A stretch of DNA of 64,000 nt, taken from contig CAVZMH010000016.1 in NCBI GenBank assembly GCA_963776345.1, forward strand, positions 224,001-288,000, in the 5' to 3' direction. The stretch comes from an uncultured delta proteobacterium. GTDB taxonomy: Bacteria; Myxococcota; Myxococcia; Myxococcales; Myxococcaceae. Shown here in pieces: positions 48,484-57,140 of this stretch (positions are counted from its first letter, which is position 1; every line of letters begins with the position of its first letter). The notes beneath the pieces are model-generated. The model had not been told where the DNA came from. It did no database searches and saw nothing but the letters and a program-made list of their open reading frames with translations. Both the position numbers and the translations under genes were made by a program.

Positions 48484-50955
48484 ATGCGGTTCCTCCTCCT
48501 CGTCGCCCTTCTCCAGTGGCCGCTCGGGTCAGAGGATTCTTCGCCGGCTGCCGCGCCCGCCCCTGTGCCCGAGGTGCGCGATGCCGGCCCCGCGGCAATC
48601 TTGCTCCCGGAGGTTCTCCGCTCGGCCGAGAAGGCCCACGGCGCCCTCAAGTCGATGGCGAAGCCCCTCGCGGACCGCCAGCTGATCGAGGAGGTCCAGA
48701 AGGAGCTCCCCACGCTGGTGTCGAGCATCGATCCACTGACCGGAAAGGGTCCGCTGTCCCCGAAACAGGACCTCACCGATGTCCGCCCGGTGCTGCAGCG
48801 GGCGGACGATACGCTCTCCACGTGGGACGAGGGGTTCGAGTCGGCCGTCCAGGCCGTCTACGAGAACAGTCGAGAGCTCCGGCGCATGGACGAGGTCTGG
48901 TCGCTCACCGAGGCCCAGGCCCGTGAAGATGGAGCCCCCACCGCGGTCCTGGAGCGCATCGCCGCGCTGCGCGCCTCCATCGATGCGACGGCCGCACAGG
49001 CGCGGGCTCAGCTCGGTCAGCTGCTGACCACGCAGAACCAGGTGGCCACCGTCCGGATGCGCATCGCCGACGCGCTGGCCAGCGTGAAGGAGGCGGAGGC
49101 GCTCCAGGCCGAGCAGCTCTTCGAGGTGGAGAGCGTCCCGTTCTGGAAGCTGCTCTCCCGCCCCACGCAGGTGGAGAAGGTCCGGCAGCAGATCCTCCAC
49201 ACGCTCCGCACCCACGCCACCGCGCTGAAGGACTTCGTCCGGGGCCAGAGCACCCGAGTCCTGCTACTCCTCGGCTTCCTGGTGGTCCTCACCATCGCTC
49301 TCTGGCGGGGACGGGAGCGGCTCGAAGCGGAGAGGGCCAGCGATCCCAGCATCTCGACCGTGGTCGATGTGCTCCGGCACCCGTTCGCGACGGCCGTGCT
49401 CCTGGCCCTCACCGCCGCCATGGTCTGGCTCCAGCCGCGACCGCTGGTCGTCTCCCAGGTCCTCCTCCTCGGGATGCTGGCTGCCTTCTTTGCCGCAGCG
49501 CAGAGCCTCATCCCGGCCCGGGCCCGGCGCTCGGCCTACGCCCTGGGGATCATCATCGCCATCCACACCGTCTCCTCCCTCGCGCCCGACCTGTCGCTGC
49601 TACGGCGGGTCATCATGCTGGCCGTCAGCCTCTCGGCGACCGCGGTCCTGGTGGGGGAGCTTCGCCGGCGCGGCTGGGAGGCGGAGATTGCGTCGAAGCG
49701 CTGGCGGTCGCTCTTCCGCGCGGCACTGATCGCGGGGACGATCCTTCTCCTCGGCTCGCTGGTGGCCAACCTCGTCGGGAACATGGCGCTCGCACGGTTG
49801 CTGGCCAGCGGCACGCTGTACAGCGGGGCGCTGCTGCTCCTGCTCTCCGGAGTCCTTCAGGTCATCCAGGGCCTCTGGGTGATCGTGCTCCGCAGCCCCA
49901 GGGTGAGTCGCAGGCCACTGTTCGCCGACAACGTCGAGCTGTTCCAGCAGCGCGGAACGAACTACCTCCGCTGGGCCGTCGGCCTGCTCTGGCTCTTCGC
50001 GACCGTTCGGCTCTTCCGCATCGATACGCCGATCTGGGAGGCGGTGCAGCGGATCATCTCGTGGCGTGCGCGGACGGGCTCGCTCGACCTGTCGCTCGGC
50101 GACGTGCTGGCATTCGCCATCACCCTGTGGATTGCGGTGCTGCTGGGGCGGCTGGTGGGGTTCGTCCTCAGCGAGGGCCTCAAGACCCGCGGCCTGGGCC
50201 GCGGAGTGCACACCGCCATCTCCCGGACCGCGACCTACGCCGTGGTCGCCGTGGGCACGGTGATCGCCGTCCTCGCCTCGGGCACGGAGCTGACCCGGCT
50301 CACGGTCCTCATCGGCACCCTCGGGGTGGGCATCGGCTTCGGCCTGCAGGACGTGGTGAACAACTTCGTCTCCGGACTGATCCTCCTCTATGAGCGCCCG
50401 GTTCAGGTGGGCGACGTCATCGAGGTGGGGGACGTGCAGGGAACCGTGCGGCGGATCGGCATCCGCTCCAGCACGGTGGCCACCGACCAGGGCTCCGAGG
50501 TGGTGGTCCCCAACGCGCACCTCATCTCCAACGAGGTGACCAACTGGACGCTCTCCGACAAACGGCGCCGGACCGACATCGACGTGGGTGTTGCCGAGGC
50601 GGCCTCGCCCGAGCGCGTCCGGGAGCTGCTGCTCCAGGTCGCCCTGGCCCATCCCGAGGTGCTGAAAGCTCCCGAGCCGCTCGCGCTCTTCGCCGGCTTC
50701 GGAAACAGCGCGCTGAACTTCCAGCTCCAGATCTGGACGCCGGAGGAGATCCGTGACCGGGTGGCGAGCGAGCTGCGCACCGCGATCGGTCGGGTCCTGG
50801 GCGAGGCCGGCATTCACTTCCCGCAGAACGAGGTGCACCTGGTCTCGGTCGCTCCGTCCCTGCCCGAGCTGCTCGGCGGCGCGGGGAGCGCCGGAGCGGG
50901 CCTCGGGCTCCGGCAAGAAGGAATGACCCGGGGGATTGGCCGAAAGTCGTACTGA
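48484..50955 (+). CDS. Large MscS/MscK-like mechanosensitive channel
   Basis: Periplasmic coiled coil, many TMs, GVGIGFGLQDVVNNFVSGLILLYERPVQVGD, VVVPN..LISNEVTNWT. Confidence 0.92.
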   Translation: MRFLLLVALLQWPLGSEDSSPAAAPAPVPEVRDAGPAAILLPEVLRSAEKAHGALKSMAKPLADRQLIEEVQKELPTLVSSIDPLTGKGPLSPKQDLTDVRPVLQRADDTLSTWDEGFESAVQAVYENSRELRRMDEVWSLTEAQAREDGAPTAVLERIAALRASIDATAAQARAQLGQLLTTQNQVATVRMRIADALASVKEAEALQAEQLFEVESVPFWKLLSRPTQVEKVRQQILHTLRTHATALKDFVRGQSTRVLLLLGFLVVLTIALWRGRERLEAERASDPSISTVVDVLRHPFATAVLLALTAAMVWLQPRPLVVSQVLLLGMLAAFFAAAQSLIPARARRSAYALGIIIAIHTVSSLAPDLSLLRRVIMLAVSLSATAVLVGELRRRGWEAEIASKRWRSLFRAALIAGTILLLGSLVANLVGNMALARLLASGTLYSGALLLLLSGVLQVIQGLWVIVLRSPRVSRRPLFADNVELFQQRGTNYLRWAVGLLWLFATVRLFRIDTPIWEAVQRIISWRARTGSLDLSLGDVLAFAITLWIAVLLGRLVGFVLSEGLKTRGLGRGVHTAISRTATYAVVAVGTVIAVLASGTELTRLTVLIGTLGVGIGFGLQDVVNNFVSGLILLYERPVQVGDVIEVGDVQGTVRRIGIRSSTVATDQGSEVVVPNAHLISNEVTNWTLSDKRRRTDIDVGVAEAASPERVRELLLQVALAHPEVLKAPEPLALFAGFGNSALNFQLQIWTPEEIRDRVASELRTAIGRVLGEAGIHFPQNEVHLVSVAPSLPELLGGAGSAGAGLGLRQEGMTRGIGRKSY

Positions 50956-50981
50956 GAGTCTGCCGATCCGGTACCTAAGGT
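50938..50981 (+). promoter_or_regulatory. Degenerate activator box plus -10 for the DUF502 gene
   Basis: Core GCCGAAAGTC at 50939-50948; TAAGGT starts 28 nt after the core. Confidence 0.45.
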
Positions 50982-51003
50982 GCCTCCCGCAAGGGGTCTG
51001 CAC

Positions 51004-51654
51004 ATGAAGAACATCGGAGCGTTCCTGCTTCAGAGGCTCATCGCCGGGCTTCTGGTCATCGCACCCGTCTATCTGTCCATCCTCCTGCTGTTGAAGGGGA
51101 TCGGTTCCCTGGTGCGACTGGTGGCTCCAGTCGCCGCGCTCCTCCCGGACTGGCTTCCGGGCGAGGAGCTGGTGGCGCTGCTGCTCGTCCTCGCGATCTG
51201 CCTGTTCGTCGGGCTCCTCCTGGTGACGCCGCCCGGACGGTCCGCGCGGGCCTGGGTCGAGCGCACGGTGTTCGAGCGCCTCCCGGGCTACGGGCTCATC
51301 CGGAGCCTTGCGCTGCAAGTTGCCGGGCAGGGGCAGGACACCACCTGGACCCCCGCACTGGTGGAGATCGAGGATGCGCTCGTCCCGGGCTTCATCATCG
51401 AGGAGCTCCCCGACGGCCGATACACGGTCTTCGTCCCGTCTGTGCCCACCCCCCTCGCCGGTGCGGTCTATGTGCTGGATCGCGCGCGCGTTCACCCCAC
51501 CGACGTTTCCTTCGCCGAGGCGATCAAGGTGGTGACGCGCTGGGGCCACGGCGCCGGGGGATTGGTCGAGGCGATGGAGCGTACGGGCGACGGGAGAGTC
51601 GCTCCGGTGACGCCGGCTGCCGGCGTCACGACGGTGCCACCGAGGGCACCCTGA
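51004..51654 (+). CDS. DUF502-family membrane protein
   Basis: GLLVIAP, ERLPGY..IRS, TVFVPSVPTPLAG. Confidence 0.85.
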   Translation: MKNIGAFLLQRLIAGLLVIAPVYLSILLLLKGIGSLVRLVAPVAALLPDWLPGEELVALLLVLAICLFVGLLLVTPPGRSARAWVERTVFERLPGYGLIRSLALQVAGQGQDTTWTPALVEIEDALVPGFIIEELPDGRYTVFVPSVPTPLAGAVYVLDRARVHPTDVSFAEAIKVVTRWGHGAGGLVEAMERTGDGRVAPVTPAAGVTTVPPRAP

Positions 51655-51679
51655 CTTCCTAGTTTCCAGGGGGTGGAGA

Positions 51680-54600
51680 ATGGGCGCTTCCGCGCTACTC
51701 GCTCTCATCATCGCGGCAGGCGACTCACCTGCGGCGGCCGGGGAGAGCGCTCCGTTCTCCCTGACTCTCCAGGGCGCGGCCAGCCTCGGCACGTACGAGG
51801 CGGCGGTGAACTGGACGCTCATCCGGCTCATTCGCTTCAACCGCCTCGAGGAGGACGGGCAGCGCGGTCGCCGCCCCCATCTCGAAGCGCTCTCCGGGTC
51901 CTCGGCAGGGAGCGTCAACGCCCTCCTCGCCGCGGCGCTGTGGTGCGAGGCCGACGACGAGGTGGAGAACCTCTCCGTGGACCGGAATCTCCTCCGCGAT
52001 GTCTGGCTGCCGATCGGCCTGGACCAGCTCCTTCCTGGCGACCCGGCCCTGTACACTCCCTCGGACGGCCTGTTCGCCTCGTCCGCCTTCACCCCGGTCG
52101 TGGACAGCGTGCAGAGCCGCGTCTTCTCCGGAAAGGGGCTTCGCTTCAAGCCTGGATGCCGCGTGCCGGTGGGATTCACCATGACCCGCGTCGTGCCCCA
52201 GCTCCGCACCATCTCCGGCCTGCGGGTGAAGTCACAGCAGACGGTGGTGCCACTGGTCTTCGAGGTGGATCCAACCGGGGTTCCCAGGCTCCGCCGCGAC
52301 ACCGGGCTGCGGTCCACCGGGCTGGCAGCAGACACGGCCACTCTGGCCGATGCCGCGGATGCCTCGGGTCCATACATTTCCCCCGGCCAGGCGATCCAGG
52401 CGTTGCTGGCCTCGGCGGCGTTCCCGGTCGCCTTCGGAGCACGACCGGTGTGCGAGTGCCGCCGGGCGTGCGGGGATGGGCAGCGCGAGGTCACCCCCGA
52501 TCAGTGCCCGGGGCCCCTGCCCGGGAAGCCGCTCGGCGGTCTGACCTGCTCCGCCTACAGCGCCGCCCGGGGTGGCCAGGAGTTCAAGCTCTGCCGGAGC
52601 AACTTCATCGACGGCGGATTCCTGGACAACGCGCCGGTGGGGCTGGCCATCGAGCAGGCAGAGGCCTTCTCTTCACCCCGGACACTTCGCCCCCTCACGG
52701 TGTTGCTCATCGATCCCAGCATCCGACGGCCGCGGGAGGAACCTCCGCCTGCGCCGGAAAGAGCCGTCCAGGGATTCAGCGACGCGGTGCAGATGGGCAG
52801 CGACCTGGTGAACACCGCGCGCGAGCAGCGGCTCGCCGAGGCCATCGTCTCCCGGCACTGGAATCTCACCACCCGGGCACTCCTCTTTAGAGCGGCATCG
52901 GCGCTCGCCGCCTATGCATCCATCATCTCCCAGCTGGAAGGCGGGCAGGCTTCGATCGGTGCCGAACCGGCGGCCCTGGCATGGAGGCCGGCAGGCCAGG
53001 AGCGCGGACCGCTCGGCCGCTTCATCGCCCGCTGTCTGCGGCGCCGTCCACTCGGTGGCGCCGAGCTGGAGGCCTGCGCGGCAACCGTCCGGGGCAAGGG
53101 CGGGAACATCCTGGCAGGGCTCGACGCCGGAGCCCGTGCCCAGGGCGCCACGCCCCTGTCCCCCGACGAGGTGGTTCGCTTCGCCGAAGATCTGGTCTCC
53201 TTCATCGAGGGCCTGGGTTCGACGGAAAGAGGGACCGGTCTTCCCCTCCGGTCCACGGTGGCAGCTGGGGCGCTCGACTTCCTCGCCGACGAGCTGGTTC
53301 CCTATGGCCTTCACGAAGGTGCGCAGAGTCCGCTCCTCCGGATGCGCGCTGCCTGTCTGCGCTCCGCGTCCGCGGTGCAAGGGCTCGCCGCTCACGCCAT
53401 CGAGGCCTCCCGCCCCGTCCTTGCCGATGCGCTCCACGAGCTGATCGCGCCAGGAGCCCCTTCCGGCATTGCCGAGCCCGCGGCACAGGCGCTGGACATG
53501 CTCGCGACCCGTTCGAGCACCCAGCTCTTTTCCGGCGGGCTGCTCTCCTTCCTCCGGACGGCTCTCGCCGGGGTCCCCGAAACGAGCCTTCCGGAGCCGA
53601 CGCGGGCTGCCGCGCGCCGCGTCGCGCTGGTCGGCGAGCTGCGGCCACGTCTCGCCGGCCTGAGCGATGCCGCGCTGCAGCTCTCCCAGGATGCGAGCGA
53701 GATCCAGTCCGACGTGCGCGGCCAGAGGCGCCTGCTGCTCGCCACGCGGTTCACCCCCTTGGCCGGGGAAATGCTGGAGCACTTCGCTGGCTTCATGGAC
53801 CGTCCGCTGCGCGAGCTCGACTACTACACCGGCATCTACGAAGGGTTGCACGGGATGGCCATTCTGATCTGCGCCCAGCAGGATCCGTATCTCGCGTCCC
53901 GTCCATTGCCCGTATTGAAGGCGGACGGAAGCGGGGAGCCCGACCCCTCCAGCGAGCAGACCCAGCGTTGCCTCGGCGCGGCGATGGGAAAGGCCATCGA
54001 GTACCTCCAGATCCTCGCCTCCCCCAAGGCAGGACCGGTGGTGCGAGCGCTCGCCCGCCGAGAGCTGGCGGCGTACCTGGGAAGCTCGGCCGAGGCGGAG
54101 CGCATGGCAACGACCCCGGAGTGGAGCTGGCTCGGTGCGCCACCTGACCTCCGCGCCCACGGAGCGATGGGCATTGCCCTGGCCGTGCTCCTCGAGCCGG
54201 CGGTGCCGTGCACCGTGTCTGTCCAGGAAGCTCTCTGCCCGAAGTACCTGACGTTCGAGGAATTCCTCGAGCGGCTGCGGGTCGCCGGCTACCGGCCCGA
54301 ATCCAAGGCGATGGAGGCCGCGCTGGCCGGCCAGGGGCGCTGGCTGTCGCAGACCGTGCGGCGTGCGCTCGACCGGGCCGCGACGGTCGAGATCGCCCAG
54401 GCTGCGTCGGAGTCGGCCTCCACCGAGTCGGCCTCCACCCGCAAGCTGATGAACGCGGTCCTCGGCGGCGGCGAGACGGCGAGCCGCGCTGCGGAGCGGG
54501 CGGGGGACGTCTCCTTTCAGCTCGATCCCTCGACCATCCCCCTCCACCCGCTGGCCGACGGGTCGTACGCTCCCATCGTCCTCGCCCACCTCGTGCCCTA

Positions 54601-55000
54601 CCGGGTGGCGCTGGACGTGGTGGGTGGAAGCATTGCCCTGAGCTGGCTCGAGCCACGGCTCCAGCTCGGTCGATGGTTCTCGGTGGAGTCGACCCTGCAG
54701 GTCATCGACATCCAGTTCAGCTCGGGTGTCGTGTCCAGCACGCTCGGAGCACGGGGCGTGCTGCATCTCGGTCCGGTGGGAATCGGCTCAGGGCCTCGGT
54801 GGTCGCTGGCCTGGGGCGGTGGGTCCCAGTTCGGCGTGGAGTTCGACCTGACGCTGCTACAAGACAGGGTCGGCGTGTCGTTCGGATTCCGGGACCTGAG
54901 CGGGGGGAACTGGAACACTCCCTTCGTCGCGCTGACCATCGCCGACCTGAACGGCATGCTGTACTGGCTCGTTCCCCCGGCTTGGCGCTCGGGACGGTGA
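51680..55000 (+). CDS. Exported patatin-like phospholipase with C-terminal beta-rich domain
   Basis: QGAASLGTYE, GSSAG nucleophile elbow, ASAAFPVAF, DGGFLDNAP, HFAGFMDRPLRELDYYTG. Confidence 0.85.
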   Translation: MGASALLALIIAAGDSPAAAGESAPFSLTLQGAASLGTYEAAVNWTLIRLIRFNRLEEDGQRGRRPHLEALSGSSAGSVNALLAAALWCEADDEVENLSVDRNLLRDVWLPIGLDQLLPGDPALYTPSDGLFASSAFTPVVDSVQSRVFSGKGLRFKPGCRVPVGFTMTRVVPQLRTISGLRVKSQQTVVPLVFEVDPTGVPRLRRDTGLRSTGLAADTATLADAADASGPYISPGQAIQALLASAAFPVAFGARPVCECRRACGDGQREVTPDQCPGPLPGKPLGGLTCSAYSAARGGQEFKLCRSNFIDGGFLDNAPVGLAIEQAEAFSSPRTLRPLTVLLIDPSIRRPREEPPPAPERAVQGFSDAVQMGSDLVNTAREQRLAEAIVSRHWNLTTRALLFRAASALAAYASIISQLEGGQASIGAEPAALAWRPAGQERGPLGRFIARCLRRRPLGGAELEACAATVRGKGGNILAGLDAGARAQGATPLSPDEVVRFAEDLVSFIEGLGSTERGTGLPLRSTVAAGALDFLADELVPYGLHEGAQSPLLRMRAACLRSASAVQGLAAHAIEASRPVLADALHELIAPGAPSGIAEPAAQALDMLATRSSTQLFSGGLLSFLRTALAGVPETSLPEPTRAAARRVALVGELRPRLAGLSDAALQLSQDASEIQSDVRGQRRLLLATRFTPLAGEMLEHFAGFMDRPLRELDYYTGIYEGLHGMAILICAQQDPYLASRPLPVLKADGSGEPDPSSEQTQRCLGAAMGKAIEYLQILASPKAGPVVRALARRELAAYLGSSAEAERMATTPEWSWLGAPPDLRAHGAMGIALAVLLEPAVPCTVSVQEALCPKYLTFEEFLERLRVAGYRPESKAMEAALAGQGRWLSQTVRRALDRAATVEIAQAASESASTESASTRKLMNAVLGGGETASRAAERAGDVSFQLDPSTIPLHPLADGSYAPIVLAHLVPYRVALDVVGGSIALSWLEPRLQLGRWFSVESTLQVIDIQFSSGVVSSTLGARGVLHLGPVGIGSGPRWSLAWGGGSQFGVEFDLTLLQDRVGVSFGFRDLSGGNWNTPFVALTIADLNGMLYWLVPPAWRSGR

Positions 55001-55125
55001 GGTCCCAGCTTCCCGGACGGCGGCTACAGGCCGACTGGATCCGCTGCCTCGGCCATCCTCCGCTGCGCGTGGCCGGGCCAGATTCGCTGCGACACGTGCA
55101 ACGGCCGGGCGTATGGTCCCCCGCC

Positions 55126-55659
55126 ATGCGCCCATCAAAACTGCTCGTCACGGTGGCCCTCGTCGTCGGTTCCGTCGCGCTGGCCGATGACAGCGAGCTG
55201 ATCTCCGATGCGCGGGCCACCATCGCGACGTTCAAGAAGACCGACCCCAAGATCGAGAAGTTCTTCAGCTCGGCCGCGGGCTACGCGGTGTTCCCCACCA
55301 TTGCCAAGGCAGCGATAGGGGTGGGCGGCGCGGGTGGCAGCGGCGTGCTCTTCGTGGGTGGCCAGCCGGTGGGGAAGTCGTCCATGGGCCAGGCCAGCAT
55401 CGGGCTCCAGCTCGGCGGCCAGACCTACTCGGAGGTCGTCTTCTTCGAGACCCCGTCTTCGCTGAGCGACTTCAAGAAGGGGAACTTCGCCCTGGCGGCG
55501 CAGGCCTCGGCGGTGGCCCTCTCGGCCGGAGCGTCGGCCAACGCCAAGTACGAGAAGGGCGTGGCGATCTTCACCGCCACCAAGGGTGGGCTCATGTACG
55601 AGGCGAGCGTGGGCGGGCAGAAGTTCGGGTACGAGCCGTTCGGAGCGGCGAAGAAGTGA
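55126..55659 (+). CDS. Ysc84/SYLF-domain lipid-binding exported protein
   Basis: GYAVFPTIAKAAIGVGG..GSG, SIGLQLGGQTYSEV, KGGLMYEASVGGQKF. Confidence 0.88.
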   Translation: MRPSKLLVTVALVVGSVALADDSELISDARATIATFKKTDPKIEKFFSSAAGYAVFPTIAKAAIGVGGAGGSGVLFVGGQPVGKSSMGQASIGLQLGGQTYSEVVFFETPSSLSDFKKGNFALAAQASAVALSAGASANAKYEKGVAIFTATKGGLMYEASVGGQKFGYEPFGAAKK

Positions 55660-55955
55660 TCTCTCGCAGTCCCCTCCACGGGTCGGGCCACACCACGCGC
55701 TGAGCCGTACGGCGGAGAGGCCCTCGCGGCGGCCGCCCCGACGCTCGGCGCGATCGCGCGGATCTACTTCGGGCAGGGAGTGACGGGGTGCACCGTAATC
55801 CGCCGGTTCTTCCTGCGGCGTCCTCCAGCGCCTTGGCTCCCACCGAAGGCGGAGCCCGCGGCCGGATAGAACAGACCAGGGGATCCCGCGCGGTTGGCCT
55901 AGGAGGCGAGCGGAAGCCGTGAACGATCGCCCATCGTCCCGCGATCACCGCCGCT

Positions 55956-55988
55956 GGACCTGGGCCCGCGGGCGGGCGGCCCAGGTCC
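55956..55988. terminator. 11-bp inverted repeat between convergent genes
   Basis: GGACCTGGGCC...GGCCCAGGTCC. Confidence 0.4.
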
Positions 55989-56055
55989 CCACATCCGGGT
56001 CGCCGTTCGAGCGCGGCCCGGCGGCGGTGCCGTGTGTCTGCCCTGCTGCCTCCGG

Positions 56056-56382
56056 CTACTTCGCGGGGGTCGTGGCCGGCGGAGGCGTCGTGGCGGGAGC
56101 AGTTGCCGGCGCAGCGGCTGGAGCCGCAGCGGGGGGTGGCGCTGCGAGGCCTTGCTTGTAGGTCTGCTCGCTCACCTCCGATATTTCCGAATTCTGGATG
56201 GTGACGGTGCTCGAGGTCTGAGCGTCGGTCAGCGTGACCGCGCCGCCCTCCTTCTTGATGCTCTCCGAGTAATAGACCTTCCCCGTGCTTGGGTCTTTCA
56301 CCATGTAGTACTTGGCGCTGCCGCAAGCGACGCCTGCTCCGAGGATCACGACGAACCAGCCACCTCTGAGAATCCGCTTCAT
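56056..56382 (-). CDS. Small lipoprotein with Pro/Ala tail
   Basis: GGAGG RBS, lipobox GVAC, YYMVKDPSTGKVYYS. Confidence 0.75.
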   Translation of the reverse strand: MKRILRGGWFVVILGAGVACGSAKYYMVKDPSTGKVYYSESIKKEGGAVTLTDAQTSSTVTIQNSEISEVSEQTYKQGLAAPPPAAAPAAAPATAPATTPPPATTPAK

Positions 56383-56452
56383 TGGCTTCCCTCCATCCAC
56401 GGCCAAGGGGACGACTCTTCTGCGACCTGCGCGGGCTTAGTTCGAAATCCAC

Positions 56453-56760
56453 GGAAGAACAAACCGGATTCTCGGGGCCAGGGCGTGGGGCCAGAGGGGG
56501 GCAGGACGGGGGTGCCCGAAGGGGCTCGGCGTGGGTGCTCAGCGCTGCCGAGGGCAGAGCAGTCCCAGGCCCGTCGTCAGGCCGGGGCGAGCCTCGAACC
56601 TCGGACGGCACTCACCAGAGGCTGCGTTGGGGCGGGGAGGTTGCCGGGGCGAGGGGGAGAGGCCTGGAAGAAAGCCGCAGGCGCTCCAGGATGACCTAGG
56701 CGGCGGCGGCGCGGAGGACGCAGGCCACGACGCGCGTGTGGCCGGCGCAGCGGGGGAGGC
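56453..56760 (-). mobile_element. Decayed IS91/ISCR-like transposase 3' remnant with oriIS-like end
   Basis: PRCAGHTRVVACVLRAAAA*VILERLRLSSRPLPLAPATSPPQRSLW* (internal TAG at 56696), followed by GGTTTGTTCTTCC at 56453-56465. Confidence 0.55.
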
Positions 56761-56799
56761 CAATCGGGGCGGAGCTACCGGTTGGAACTCGAAAGGGCG

Positions 56800-56828
56800 A
56801 CGGCCGCCCGGTTGTCCAAGGCGGCCGT
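56800..56828 (-). terminator. Hairpin just downstream of the tRNA fragment
   Basis: ACGGCCGCC...GGCGGCCGT followed on the minus strand by CGCCCTTT. Confidence 0.5.
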
Positions 56829-56846
56829 AGGTCTGCTGTGAGTCGA

Positions 56847-56893
<47 letters not shown>

Positions 56894-57140
56894 GGATCGC
56901 CGACCGGGCAGGCGGGCGTCATGATTGGGTTTCTCTGGAATTGCGTCGAGTTGCGTGTGGACTGAGTCCACGTCAGGGGCCACCGGTCCATCCGAATCCC
57001 CTCGAGTCTGGACACGTCTAGGACGCGGCTAGGCCCACCGGACGACGGTTCCGCGCTGGCGCGGAACCAGGGTGGAACTAGAGATCGTCAGCCGCGTCGA
57101 GATGGAGATGCTCAGACTGCGGCAGCGAACGTCAGTGGCC

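Noticed and set aside
54410..54439. 15-bp tandem duplication (ESAST x2) in the patatin gene
   Set aside because: Small in-frame linker duplication with no evident significance.
55075..55117. Further weak matches to the regulon box (also near 10169, 28857, 59645)
   Set aside because: Too many mismatches or wrong spacing to a -10 element.
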